Part shown: in pieces, positions 27,069 through 37,177 of the stretch | Layout: every line of letters begins with the position of its first letter | Numbering within the stretch: position 1 is the stretch's first letter | Source of the DNA: a virus | Lineage: Duplodnaviria; Caudoviricetes | Length of the DNA stretch: 59,093 bases | Reading direction: 5' to 3' (one strand) | IMG/VR virus record: IMGVR_UViG_3300017782_004064 | Span: 1-59,093 of that record | Notes under the pieces: generated by a model | Databases searched by the model: none | What the model was told of the DNA's origin: nothing | Seen by the model: the letters and a program-made list of their open reading frames with translations, nothing else | Program-made: the position numbers and the translations under genes

Positions 27069-27528
27069 TAGTTCTGTGCTCCCTATATTTCTCCATGCCG
27101 CGCTGGCCAAACCAATATGAGATTATAGCTGCGAAGATGGCTCCGTCTTCCTCTGTCCAGAGTAACCAAGGGGTATCTAAAGCGTTGTCTAGGCCCACAT
27201 GCTGGATCATCATAAATTTTACCCAAGCGTAGAGGAAGAAAAACATGTAAGTGAGTACTGGACGGACGGTGCCTCGTAAGAACTCAATAACAGCTCGGAA
27301 GAAGTTAATATTCTCTGAGTGAGTCATTGGAGCGTAGGTGTCAGGCTGGTGTATGGCTTTCATCTCGGCAGCGGCTATGATAGCTTCCGCTTCTTGAAAG
27401 TTAGACTTCATTTGAAGCTTATACAGTTCTATCTCGTGCTTCTTGTCAAGGCCGTCCTGGAACATCTTTAAAGCATCTGGTGCTAGAGATGTTAGAAAGC
27501 CTATGAATGTGCCGAGAAGTGTTAACAT
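27040..27528 (-). CDS. Holin-like membrane protein
   Basis: LRGTVRPVLTY, IISYWFGQR; TM segments; adjacent to the endolysin. Confidence 0.7.
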   Translation of the reverse strand: MLTLLGTFIGFLTSLAPDALKMFQDGLDKKHEIELYKLQMKSNFQEAEAIIAAAEMKAIHQPDTYAPMTHSENINFFRAVIEFLRGTVRPVLTYMFFFLYAWVKFMMIQHVGLDNALDTPWLLWTEEDGAIFAAIISYWFGQRGMEKYREHRTNASITSRSL

Positions 27529-27749
27529 TATTTAACCTTGGTAACGAACTTCACAGCGCCTATTCCGATTAAGGCTGCGCCTACGCCAGCTGTGATTGTT
27601 GGGCTCAAAAATGCAGTTATAAAGTTAATTCCTAAAATGCCTGCTCCGACTGCGGCAATGCCAGCGCCTTCAAGAGTCCGCAAATTAAGGAAGCGTTGCT
27701 TAATGTCTTTTATGAATTTCGTAAGTAAGGTATTCATGTTAATCTCCAT
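27528..27749 (-). CDS. Small two-TM membrane protein
   Basis: Two Gly/Ala/Ile-rich hydrophobic stretches. Confidence 0.6.
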   Translation of the reverse strand: MEINMNTLLTKFIKDIKQRFLNLRTLEGAGIAAVGAGILGINFITAFLSPTITAGVGAALIGIGAVKFVTKVK

Positions 27750-28350
27750 TTCGATTAAATATTTTCTGAAGCTTAGAGACTTCTTCTCTGATTATATCTT
27801 TTTCAAAGGCTTCAAGAGGTTCTCCATGCGTCATGTTAATGCTTAAGTAAACTAGATAATTCTCTTTAGCTGATATAAAGAACAGTTTAGAGCGTTTAAT
27901 CCCATCTCTTAAGTAAAGATTTTTAAGAAGGGAATCTTTCTCTAAGCCTTCAACCTCTATTATTATCTCTCCAGCCGCATCACTCAGTAGAGCGCCTAAT
28001 ATAGTAGCATATTCCGAATCTATTAGCTGCTTCTCCCAGCGTTGACCTAGTGTGGGGGTCTTGATATTAGAGGACTCATACATTACTGTCGAGTAAATGG
28101 GAGTGCCTACTTTAGGTCGGCCGCCGTTATTCTCTGTTTTTAAGATAACAGCTCGATCTGCCGTAGTAGTGTTGCGAATGTGCTCAAGTGCTGACTGTGT
28201 CTCTTGGAAGTCATGAAAGGTGGACTTAAAATAGTTCTGGTATCTTGAGCGGCTCGCCTGCCACCAATAAGCAATTAAAGGAACAAGAGCTCGTGTAATA
28301 ATGACCCCACTGAATCCAAGAATGGCTGCTATGATTTCTGGACTATACAT
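27739..28350 (-). CDS. N-terminal TM + putative GAF-like domain protein (possible second holin)
   Basis: Single N-terminal TM then ADRAVILKTENNGG...STVMYE. Confidence 0.45.
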   Translation of the reverse strand: MYSPEIIAAILGFSGVIITRALVPLIAYWWQASRSRYQNYFKSTFHDFQETQSALEHIRNTTTADRAVILKTENNGGRPKVGTPIYSTVMYESSNIKTPTLGQRWEKQLIDSEYATILGALLSDAAGEIIIEVEGLEKDSLLKNLYLRDGIKRSKLFFISAKENYLVYLSINMTHGEPLEAFEKDIIREEVSKLQKIFNRNGD

Positions 28351-28873
28351 ATTGGAGTGCCCCGAAGAGTGATCCCATAAACAATCCTGTCAGAATCTGA
28401 TGTACAGCTTCAGCTTTATAGAATTTATCGTTGTAAACTAAGTTTATTAACCACTGAGTAGTGGCGTAGCTGGTAACACCTATTATAACATAGATTCCAG
28501 CCCATGTCAAGCTATTTATCTCAATAAAGTATAAATGAGCCAGGAAAGGCACTAAAAAGAGGCTAGATCGCAATAAAGCGTCTAAAAAGTGTTCTAATAA
28601 GTCGGTTTTCCTGTGAATTAAGGCGAATTTAGCTCCTTTACCTACAGCTAAGGCCCACGAGAGGGTTAAAACAGGTATATAAAGTAATGGATTAACTAAT
28701 GCCGGAACCACTGTAGCATAGCCCATGAGAGCTGTTTGAAGAGCCCAACTATACTTACTGGTAATGAAACTAAGAAGTTTAGGGAATTTAGTCGTCACGT
28801 CAGGACCTTCTGTCACTCCGCGCACTGCCCAGAATGTGAAAGTAAACCATACTATGAAGAGAAGTTCTGACAT
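28343..28873 (-). CDS. Polytopic membrane protein
   Basis: About 5-6 hydrophobic segments. Confidence 0.6.
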   Translation of the reverse strand: MSELLFIVWFTFTFWAVRGVTEGPDVTTKFPKLLSFITSKYSWALQTALMGYATVVPALVNPLLYIPVLTLSWALAVGKGAKFALIHRKTDLLEHFLDALLRSSLFLVPFLAHLYFIEINSLTWAGIYVIIGVTSYATTQWLINLVYNDKFYKAEAVHQILTGLFMGSLFGALQYV

Positions 28874-29076
28874 TACAGCAGCTGCCCATGTATTGTCAAG
28901 ATCTCTGCGTCAGAGGCGTCAAAAGAAATAAGTGCTGTCTGGCCGTTGTCCAGCGACACTGTGAAGCCTTGTTCCTGCTCGTTGTACGCTACATTCTTAA
29001 AGATGCCTTCAAGCTCTGCCTGGAAAGCTTGGTGGTCGTTTGCAAATTTTTCTGATATCTGGGTTTTATTAGTCAT
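28873..29076 (-). CDS. Hypothetical protein
   Basis: AGGA RBS; TAATG coupling. Confidence 0.6.
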   Translation of the reverse strand: MTNKTQISEKFANDHQAFQAELEGIFKNVAYNEQEQGFTVSLDNGQTALISFDASDAEILTIHGQLL

Positions 29077-29079
29077 AAC

Positions 29080-32000
29080 TTATCCTAACTTTGTTGATAC
29101 TTCAGAGCCAATTCCTGTCGCCATGCCTGCAGCTCCTACGCTATTAGGGTGAATCCCGTCTGTAGAGAAGTCTGAAGGATCATTATCCCAGCGGTTCGCA
29201 TCGTCAGTAAGCTCAGAGGCATGTGCTGCTTCAATGAATCCATCCTGCCCTGTCAAGCTTACAGCTCGGTAGTCGTCGTTAAGCTCTACACGGTCAGCAT
29301 TATCGTAATCTCCGTCTGCACTGGTTCCTGTACCTACGCCGCCTGTCTCATCTGGCGTGCACGTAGCTTGGAAGACCGTTGTGTCAGATAACTGGCCGTA
29401 GATTGTCTCTAAGTCGCCTGTAATCTGTGCCACTGTTCGGGCTGCTCGTAAGTCATTGATGGTGTACTGTACGTAAGAGTTCTTACAGAATGCGTTAGCA
29501 ATCTCTGCTCGGATATCCATTGCTCCTGCTGCCGCTGTTTGGACTGCCTGCTCGGAAGCGTTTCCTCCGTTTGCATAAGGAATACCTTGAGCGTGGAAAG
29601 TTCTCTCGACATAGCCTTGACCGCCATCTGCCCCGAAGCCATCTCCTTGGCCTACAGTAATGGAATCTCCGAGAATCATCGTTCCTGGCTGTCTTCCGTC
29701 GTCAGAGTAAGCGATAATAGCACAAGCTGTATATGCATCACCATCTGCATGTGTGATTGACCCTGAAACAGACTTATCAGAGAGGCCTGTACCAACCTCG
29801 CGTTCGTCGCCTTGTCCGTTGTCTAAGAAGCGGGAAGTATATAAGTCCCCTGTCCAGGCTACATGCACGCGCTCGTAAAAGGTAGCTCCTGCTGAGATAG
29901 TTATGTCAACTCGATCCGAAATTATGTACGATCCGGCTGCCACGCTTGCTGTAGTGTCTCCACCGTTGAAAGTGACCTGGGTAGTAGTAGTACCGTCATC
30001 GACAGCAGCAGACACTGTAATAGCATTCGCTGGGTCTTGCTCTCCTGCGTTTATCTCCACATTCGGATAAATAAGTCGAACACCTACAATATCATAGCCA
30101 TCAGCGTTGTCGTGCTTAACGACAGCATTTTGTGTGTTATCGCTGTTATTTAGAGTTCTGTGCTGGAAAGAAGAGCGTGACGCTGTGACACGCAAGTTAG
30201 ACGTTCTGTCACCGACCCAATCATCCATCCATGCATTCAAGTCTGCTTTGTCTCCAGCGCTTAAGACTTCATCATAGAGGGCAACTGGACCCATCTCGCC
30301 ATTCCAGTCAAACGTGCTGTTTGTCCAAGCGCCTAACTTTGCAAATGCATCTGAACGGGTTGGCCCGCTGGTTGTGCCTGTCTGATCGACTCCATCGACT
30401 TCCAGTGTCATTGTATTGGTTGCGCCGTCCCAGGAAACGTAAATCTTATAGGCTTGATTAACGCCGGACATGTCGTTCTTAGATTTCGCATAGAATGTGC
30501 CGTCATACATGGTCGCTGTGAAGGTGTTTCCTGTCCAATAGATTACCATTCGGTCAACGCCTGAAATACCGTTTGCTAGGATGAATCGATTGTCGTCACT
30601 ATCGCGTCGCGATACTACTGTGCAGAAAGTCCAACTATTGGCCTCACTGAGTACTGTAGTATTTATGCTAGAATCTAGAGTGAAGTGAGAATCCGGCTCA
30701 AAAGCCATCACATCATTGCCGTTGAACTGCCACTCGTAAGCTACACAGTCATTTACAGGAGTCGCGTCATTGCTGTTTCCAGACTTATCTCCCCAATCGC
30801 TTAATACATTGTTAGTTTCCGTAATTTCAGCCGCGTCTGTAGGATCTAAGAATAGAACGTTACTTGCAATTGTTGACGGTGAGAATACAGCGATATCTAA
30901 AGCGTTAGAGTTGGCTGTTACTGAGTCAGTGAAAGTTGCGGCTGTTACGACGCAGCGAACTGAAGTTCCGTCATCTGCAAGAGTGGTTGTATAGGTAGTA
31001 CCAGTCTCGCCAGAAATGTCTACAGTATCTCTCTGCCACTGGTAAGAGTAATTAGCTATTGGAGCATCCCACGTTCCAGTTGTGGCTGTAAGAACCTCTC
31101 CAATGCCTGTGCTGCCAGATATTACTGGAGCGACGGTATTAACAGGAGTCTCAAAGCAGTCTGACCATTCAACCCCAATTGTCTCTTGAGTAGCCGCATT
31201 TAAGTGGATATCGTCAGAAACAACTGTAGCAAATCCTGTATTATCTAGATAGGCTGCATTTGAGTCAGCGCCTGTTACAGTAGTCTTGCCAGTATTTACT
31301 TCCGCGACGAACGGCCACGTACCAGCGTCGTCTGTGTAGGTTGCAATGACTAGAGTGTCTGTAGTAGCTGAGGCACCGTTAATGTCTGCCCTGAGCCTTG
31401 TGAGGAGGCTGGTGAGGTTAGTTCCGTAGTTATCTGCGTCTGTGTTGTCTGTAGCGTCTGTTTCACCTTGTAGCCAGCATATAGAGGCTATATTGCAGCT
31501 TCTGCCTAGCTGGGTCTGCATCTCTGCGATTGCTTCATTGACCTCCACTATGGCGTCGTTGTAGACAGTATCGCCATCTCCCCAGTCGTCTGCTAAGGAG
31601 GTTGAGGCTACAGCGTATTTCACTACAGCATGTTGCTCTGTAGGGTTGGCTGTGGTATGTTCAAATAGAAAGTTAGTCTCTGCACCGAAGGCTGTCACGC
31701 CGTTACCGTAAGATCTATCTCCCGCTTTCAAGAGAGTCCAGCCAGTATCTGTGTCAGGGTTATTTATATAGCCACGTGGGCAGATGTCGTTGTCAGCGAA
31801 GGCTGTCGCGTTTGCTGTGAGAGCGTAGCCGACTGCATTAGACTGGCCTAAAAGAATATGTGTGTCTACTGTTGGCTGGTAAACGTTGTGCTTAGCATTC
31901 AAGTATGAGTGGATAGATTTTAGGTCAGCATCATCTAAATAGCCTTCATAGACGAGGATTTCTTTAAAGCTGACATCTCCAACCGTGCTGGATCCAGAAG

Positions 32001-32688
32001 AGCCTAAGAGGAAGCCTCGAGTGGAGTCTGCAGTTCCGTATGTGAGTCCTGAGCGTTCTGCGTTATCGTATAATAAGTTATCAATACGAGCTTGATAGTC
32101 ATTATCCGCTCCGCCAACGTCAGCTCCGGTCTTGATAGTGAGTATCATGTAGCGATCTGACTCTAAGCCATGATCTGCATAGTTGTTCTGAGAGACTGTT
32201 CCTGCGGTCTTGATGGTGTTTACTGCAAGCTGCTCTTCAAAAGCACCGTCATCTCGATACCATGCGGCTACGCCGTCTTGGCCGGAGGTCTGGTAAGCAG
32301 CTGTAGCAAACAGAGCTGCAAAGCCGCCTGCATTAGAGGAGTCGATCTTTACAACCATAATAACAGTGCCGCCTGTACCGTCATGTAGGAAGTTATACTT
32401 ATCGCTAGAGGCTGTGCCTACTGCGCCGGAAACATTCCAGCAATTAACGCCAGGCATCTCGATAGCGTTGTCTGCATCGTGTATCGCAGGGCTTACGGAG
32501 AGTCCTGAGGAGTAGGTTAAGTGCAGGTCATTACCTGACTTGTCATCAACCTGACTGATTTCATCCGAGCCATTCTTCGTGACTGTGGCTACATCTGTAG
32601 GGTCCAACCATAAAGTGTTAGTTCCTGATGTAACGTCTGTGGCAGGATTAAAGCCTAGCCCAGTATCTGCTCCTAATAGCCAAAACAT
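29080..32688 (-). CDS. 1202-aa multidomain protein: LamG-like + SASA/CE6-type esterase + Ig-like + LamG-like + SGNH hydrolase
   Basis: Two L.LDPTD...DKSGN repeats; GQSNA/WLQGETD/DDIH; PVNTVAPVISG...YQWQRD; GDSIT/TIND/DGIHPN. Confidence 0.8.
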   Translation of the reverse strand: MFWLLGADTGLGFNPATDVTSGTNTLWLDPTDVATVTKNGSDEISQVDDKSGNDLHLTYSSGLSVSPAIHDADNAIEMPGVNCWNVSGAVGTASSDKYNFLHDGTGGTVIMVVKIDSSNAGGFAALFATAAYQTSGQDGVAAWYRDDGAFEEQLAVNTIKTAGTVSQNNYADHGLESDRYMILTIKTGADVGGADNDYQARIDNLLYDNAERSGLTYGTADSTRGFLLGSSGSSTVGDVSFKEILVYEGYLDDADLKSIHSYLNAKHNVYQPTVDTHILLGQSNAVGYALTANATAFADNDICPRGYINNPDTDTGWTLLKAGDRSYGNGVTAFGAETNFLFEHTTANPTEQHAVVKYAVASTSLADDWGDGDTVYNDAIVEVNEAIAEMQTQLGRSCNIASICWLQGETDATDNTDADNYGTNLTSLLTRLRADINGASATTDTLVIATYTDDAGTWPFVAEVNTGKTTVTGADSNAAYLDNTGFATVVSDDIHLNAATQETIGVEWSDCFETPVNTVAPVISGSTGIGEVLTATTGTWDAPIANYSYQWQRDTVDISGETGTTYTTTLADDGTSVRCVVTAATFTDSVTANSNALDIAVFSPSTIASNVLFLDPTDAAEITETNNVLSDWGDKSGNSNDATPVNDCVAYEWQFNGNDVMAFEPDSHFTLDSSINTTVLSEANSWTFCTVVSRRDSDDNRFILANGISGVDRMVIYWTGNTFTATMYDGTFYAKSKNDMSGVNQAYKIYVSWDGATNTMTLEVDGVDQTGTTSGPTRSDAFAKLGAWTNSTFDWNGEMGPVALYDEVLSAGDKADLNAWMDDWVGDRTSNLRVTASRSSFQHRTLNNSDNTQNAVVKHDNADGYDIVGVRLIYPNVEINAGEQDPANAITVSAAVDDGTTTTQVTFNGGDTTASVAAGSYIISDRVDITISAGATFYERVHVAWTGDLYTSRFLDNGQGDEREVGTGLSDKSVSGSITHADGDAYTACAIIAYSDDGRQPGTMILGDSITVGQGDGFGADGGQGYVERTFHAQGIPYANGGNASEQAVQTAAAGAMDIRAEIANAFCKNSYVQYTINDLRAARTVAQITGDLETIYGQLSDTTVFQATCTPDETGGVGTGTSADGDYDNADRVELNDDYRAVSLTGQDGFIEAAHASELTDDANRWDNDPSDFSTDGIHPNSVGAAGMATGIGSEVSTKLG

Positions 32689-33060
32689 CTACTCAATAAA
32701 CCTCGTATTAATTGTCCAAGCTCCGGTATCAGCTGCATTCACAAGCTGTATGTAGCGAAATGCTGCTAGCTGGTTTAGTATAGTTGGTCCAAAAGCTACA
32801 GCCTCTACAGCACTTGTGCTTACAGTAACTGAAAGAGCTGCGCCTGCTGCGTCCTTAACGTCTACATAGGCGCCGTCTGCAGTTGCGCACGCTTTAAAGG
32901 TCAATGTAGCGGCAGTGGCTCCGCCAGTAGGCAAGAAGCATCCTAAGAGAACATTCCCTTTTGTGTCAATCACTTCGGATTCGCCAGCTGTGAAGGTGTT
33001 AGCTGTGGATTCTACTCTGGCAGCATCACTACCATAAGCAGGGTTAGTAAAGTTTCCCAT
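32689..33060 (-). CDS. Small beta-sandwich protein (possible appendage adaptor)
   Basis: Beta-rich; AAGGA RBS; in the accessory cassette. Confidence 0.55.
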   Translation of the reverse strand: MGNFTNPAYGSDAARVESTANTFTAGESEVIDTKGNVLLGCFLPTGGATAATLTFKACATADGAYVDVKDAAGAALSVTVSTSAVEAVAFGPTILNQLAAFRYIQLVNAADTGAWTINTRFIE

Positions 33061-33075
33061 AGTAAGGTCCTTTTG

Positions 33076-33267
33076 TTATAGTGGGGGTGGAAGGTGAAAC
33101 TCGTCCGTAATAAGCCTTTTAATATCGTTTACAGTGTGTGTGCTTTCTTGGAAGCGAGTTTTTAGGTATCGTGCCCAGAAGTGGAGCTGAAAGTCATCTG
33201 CTTTAGCCCGCATCTCCGTATAGGTGCCTGTCTCGGCTGCTTCTAGTACATCGAAATAAGTTGTCAT
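33076..33267 (-). CDS. Hypothetical protein
   Basis: AAGGA RBS. Confidence 0.55.
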   Translation of the reverse strand: MTTYFDVLEAAETGTYTEMRAKADDFQLHFWARYLKTRFQESTHTVNDIKRLITDEFHLPPPL

Positions 33268-33276
33268 ATGTTTTCC

Positions 33277-33732
33277 TTAGAGGCTCCCTAGTGCTGCTGT
33301 GTCAGCGTCTGCCATGACCTTGTTCTTCTCAGCCTCTGTCCAGACTGTTGAGCCGCCGCCTCCGCCGCCTGTCTCGATAGCTTGGGTTAGGCTTGAAGTA
33401 TTCAGGTTAATCACCACTTGGAAGTCGCCTACTGTGGGGGTAAATATCGAAGCGGTGTCGGGGATAGGGAACAGGTTGCCTGTAACTGTGAGTGTGTGGT
33501 CAGCCTCTTGAGGGCGTATTACCCAGCCATTCTGGATAAAGTAGTACTGACCTAGTGAGGTTCCTCCTCCTAAGGCATTCCCGCCTACTGAGTTAGAGAA
33601 AGCTGGTAAGTATTTAGCATTGTCTGAGAGTATCAGCCAATCCTTCCAGCGAGAGTACAGGTCAGAAACGTTGAAAGAGGTTGTTCCTGGGTCTAGTGTG
33701 ATTCTCTTATTAGGTCCATCGAAAGTATACAT
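33277..33732 (-). CDS. Conserved phage protein of the accessory cassette
   Basis: FDGPNKRI...DLYSRWKDW...FIQNGWVIRP; shares LYS..K.W / GW pattern with the N-terminus of the 455-aa gene. Confidence 0.65.
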   Translation of the reverse strand: MYTFDGPNKRITLDPGTTSFNVSDLYSRWKDWLILSDNAKYLPAFSNSVGGNALGGGTSLGQYYFIQNGWVIRPQEADHTLTVTGNLFPIPDTASIFTPTVGDFQVVINLNTSSLTQAIETGGGGGGSTVWTEAEKNKVMADADTAALGSL

Positions 33733-35933
33733 TAAACGTTCTCATATTGTCTGTCTACGCGCTGCTGAATAGGGATAGTGGTATCGCCGCTAATGCTGAT
33801 GCCAGTCAGTCGTATATTTAAAAAGCCTAAAGCATGAACTACAATGTCTACGCTCGCTACTTCTACAGAGGCTGCGAAGGTTCCTGTCGTTACCAGTTCT
33901 TGGCCTGCTACCTCAGTTGTTGTGCCTGCTTCATAGACGCGAACTTCAGAAGGATTCTCCAGTCCAGTGAGGGTAAGCACTGCAGGATTCACTATCGTTA
34001 CTGTGCCGCCATTTGGTGCGTAGGTTTTTCTGCTAACTAGGTTAGATCCGTTCAGGTTCTTCCAGGTTAAGGTGCCACCGCCACGCCACTCTACTTGGAG
34101 TGTAGCGCTATCATTGAAAGTGATGTTGTCCGCATCTAAAGCTAGATCTACACTTCCTGTAGCGCCTTCAACTCTAATAGCTAGAGGGGCGTTAGGGCGT
34201 ACTGTATCTGCAAGGGCATCCAAGGCTGTCTGCATGTTAGCTTCGGTATCTGATGAGATAGTGACATCAGGAACAGCTCCACGCTGGAAAAGCTCTAAGA
34301 TGTCTGCATCAGTCTTGCTAACACTCCATGAAGCCCAGTTAGCGTAATTAGTGTCTAGTTGGGTCTGGAAGGTTACATCTGTACCGGCTACTTCTAGGCT
34401 TCCTCCAGGTCCGCCAAATGAAATGTCTCCTGAGTGGGCATCTAAGTCAGTAGCTGTGAGAGGGTTGCCACTCGTTACCGCCTGCTTTTCTCCGTCAATA
34501 TAGAGTCTAAACTCTTTAGTTGCATCTGTATAGGAGAACCTGAACATTACATGATAAGCTCTTTCAGGCTCTAGTGCGAAGTCACTGAACGCCTGTACGT
34601 TATCATCTGCAGTATCTGCCAGCTGAGCAATGAGAATGTTTCCCATGCCTAAGAAGAAAGCTAAGTTATTAACCCCACCACCTTCTTCATATACGCAGGA
34701 GAGAGTTGGAGAGATGCCTGCGAACTTAACCCAGCCGCCAAATAAACGGTTAGTTGTTATTGAGGTATTCATGTTAGCTGTGTTGCTAGGCTCTCGGCGA
34801 ACTCCGGTAGTTGACTTCCAAGAGTGGGTGTTCTGCTCGCATATTGCATCTGTCTCGAAAGAACCTCCTCCACCAATGACTGACGTTGTGAGGGGATTTA
34901 TTCCAGCGCTATCTGCATAGGCATCATCATCTAGTTTCCACCAGTGATCTGGGGACTGATTATTGATAACAGTATGGTAAGGTGCTAGACCTAACGTTAT
35001 AGCCAGCGGGACTGATTCATCACCAGTGTCGTTCGTAACAACTAGGTAGAGCTGTTCGTTATTGGGAAGAGAGCCTTGAGTAACTGTGTAGGTTATGCTC
35101 GTGTCGCCCCACGAAGTAATCGTCTGGGTAGTTTTTGTTGTTCCGGCTAGGTCATCCCAAATCTCTAGCTTACCAGTGTTCTGTGTAGCTTCAAAACCGA
35201 AGCCTGTGATTGTGTCTGATACGCCGTACGTGACAGCATCATCATATGTTAAGATACCTATAGGCTGAGGCTCTTGTAGAGCTATTGTATAGGTGTGATA
35301 TTCTGGCGTTGTATTCAGTACAGAGTGTTGCCAATCAGGCGGTGTGTACGAGCCAGCTGTATTGTATCCGATTAAGTCCGATGTAAAGTGGTTTCTGTGG
35401 TCGTTATTAGTACCTGACCAGACTTGTGTGCGGAGAGTGTAGCCTGTCGGAGCTGCTACCGTAGAGATATCATCGTGAGTAGCTGCGTGGAAGGTTAAGA
35501 CTGTAGCAGGCGTTGCTGAGATGTCTACAGTAGGGTTGGGAGGGTTAGCGTCGTTTTGCGCTTCAGCGTAGGCCCAGTCCGCTATAGGGACGTTAGTATC
35601 TACTCCACGGTAAACAAGTAAGCTGCCTGACATAGGCTCTGTAGTGCCGCTAGTATTCCATGTGAAAGTAGGGTTACTCTCAGAGCCGCTATGCACTTTA
35701 TAATATATAGCAGTTTCTTGGTCACGTCCGCCAGTAGTTCTGTTGTAGGTTAGCTGAGTCCAGCCATTACCGCCGCCGCCATCATCGTCCCACGTCTGCT
35801 GTCCAGTGTTCTCCGACTGCTTAACAAAAGCAATCATGAAGTCATCTGTGGTGGCTCCTGCGGGGATTGTAAACGTCAGAGCTAAAGCTCCAGCGGAATC
35901 CTGTACATTACTATCTACAAACGTTATAGCCAT
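33732..35933 (-). CDS. LamG/ConA-like domain protein, extended paralog of 35933-37177
   Basis: C-terminal ~415 aa align by eye with the 414-aa gene; ends DRQYENV. Confidence 0.75.
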   Translation of the reverse strand: MAITFVDSNVQDSAGALALTFTIPAGATTDDFMIAFVKQSENTGQQTWDDDGGGGNGWTQLTYNRTTGGRDQETAIYYKVHSGSESNPTFTWNTSGTTEPMSGSLLVYRGVDTNVPIADWAYAEAQNDANPPNPTVDISATPATVLTFHAATHDDISTVAAPTGYTLRTQVWSGTNNDHRNHFTSDLIGYNTAGSYTPPDWQHSVLNTTPEYHTYTIALQEPQPIGILTYDDAVTYGVSDTITGFGFEATQNTGKLEIWDDLAGTTKTTQTITSWGDTSITYTVTQGSLPNNEQLYLVVTNDTGDESVPLAITLGLAPYHTVINNQSPDHWWKLDDDAYADSAGINPLTTSVIGGGGSFETDAICEQNTHSWKSTTGVRREPSNTANMNTSITTNRLFGGWVKFAGISPTLSCVYEEGGGVNNLAFFLGMGNILIAQLADTADDNVQAFSDFALEPERAYHVMFRFSYTDATKEFRLYIDGEKQAVTSGNPLTATDLDAHSGDISFGGPGGSLEVAGTDVTFQTQLDTNYANWASWSVSKTDADILELFQRGAVPDVTISSDTEANMQTALDALADTVRPNAPLAIRVEGATGSVDLALDADNITFNDSATLQVEWRGGGTLTWKNLNGSNLVSRKTYAPNGGTVTIVNPAVLTLTGLENPSEVRVYEAGTTTEVAGQELVTTGTFAASVEVASVDIVVHALGFLNIRLTGISISGDTTIPIQQRVDRQYENV

Positions 35934-37177
35934 TAAGCGTTCTCGTACTGTCTGTCAAATATCTGCTGAATAGGCACTGTAACGTCACCGCTTGTCATGT
36001 CCACTCCTGATATTCTTAAATTCTCGTATTCTTCTTTGTGTATCACAATATCAACTGAAGAGGCGCTGACTGAGCTATTATAGGAAGTTCCTGAGGATTC
36101 TACTCCAGCTAGTTCCGTTGTAGTGCCTGCGTCATAGTATCTAACTTCTGTTCCGCTAATGAGAGGGGATACTGTCAGTACTGCTGGGGTTACAAAGTTA
36201 ATAGTTCCGCCGTTTGGAGTAGAGCCTATGGAGGCATCTGATCCGTTAGTGTTTGTCCATGTTAGCGTGCCTGTGCCCATATACTGGACGTGAATAGACG
36301 CTAAAGCATCGTGTGTTATATTGTCTGCGCTTAGTGTAAGATCACCGTCTCCAGTGACTGCCTCTATGCGTATGTTTAAAGGTTCGTCTCCTCTAGCGCT
36401 GTCTGCAAGTGCGTCTAAGGAAGTCTGCATAGCGGCTTCAGTGCCTGCGGAGATAGTTGTACCAGGTAGAGCACCCTTCTCAAAGAGTTCTTCCCGTATC
36501 TCAGTATCTGTTAGCTGTGCATCAGCCCCACTAAAAGAAGCCCACATAGCATAGTTGCCGTTGACAGGGGCGTTGAGGAGTACTGTGGCATTGCCTACCT
36601 CAGTGCTTCCTGAAGGATCTGCCCATTCAGCCGCTGTGCGGGAGCCTAAAGTAGCTGCTCCTAGTTGCCCGTTAGCAGGCTCTGTAGTGCTTTGCTTAAC
36701 GCCGTCTACATAGAGCTCTACTTTGTTGCCGAAGCCAGTGCCTTCTACACGAGCTAGTATATGGTAAGCTCTGTTCGGTTGGCATACTTGGTCAGCAAAC
36801 GCTTGAACTACGGTGCTGCCGTTAACTACGTCTAGCATTAAGTTATTGCCAGCCCACATGACCAGATTAAACTGGTTATTTGACGTTCCCTCGCGATAGA
36901 CTGACTTAGGAGGTAACTGGATAGCGGTGGCTCTAAACCATCCGCATACAGCTTTCCTGTCTAGTGCTCCATCTAAGTCTGTAGAGGTTGCTACAGATAG
37001 TCTATCAGAAGTACCGTTAGATGTCAAGCTATTTGTTATGTCTTCACAGATTGCAGTCCCTGTTGTAGCCATTCCTGTGTTGGTTACAGTGAGGGAGCCT
37101 ACAGAGTCAGTGAGCGCTGGATCTAATACCCAGAGGTGATCTGGACTTAAGGCTGAGATATCGTCTCGGTAGGCCAT
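35933..37177 (-). CDS. LamG/ConA-like domain protein
   Basis: PDHLWVLD, GWF, YHILAR, LYVDGVKQ; ends DRQYENA. Confidence 0.75.
   Translation of the reverse strand: MAYRDDISALSPDHLWVLDPALTDSVGSLTVTNTGMATTGTAICEDITNSLTSNGTSDRLSVATSTDLDGALDRKAVCGWFRATAIQLPPKSVYREGTSNNQFNLVMWAGNNLMLDVVNGSTVVQAFADQVCQPNRAYHILARVEGTGFGNKVELYVDGVKQSTTEPANGQLGAATLGSRTAAEWADPSGSTEVGNATVLLNAPVNGNYAMWASFSGADAQLTDTEIREELFEKGALPGTTISAGTEAAMQTSLDALADSARGDEPLNIRIEAVTGDGDLTLSADNITHDALASIHVQYMGTGTLTWTNTNGSDASIGSTPNGGTINFVTPAVLTVSPLISGTEVRYYDAGTTTELAGVESSGTSYNSSVSASSVDIVIHKEEYENLRISGVDMTSGDVTVPIQQIFDRQYENA

Noticed and set aside
7920-37139. Numerous short + strand ORFs within the - strand virion arm
   Set aside because: Antisense shadows of long coding genes, without RBS or recognisable motifs.
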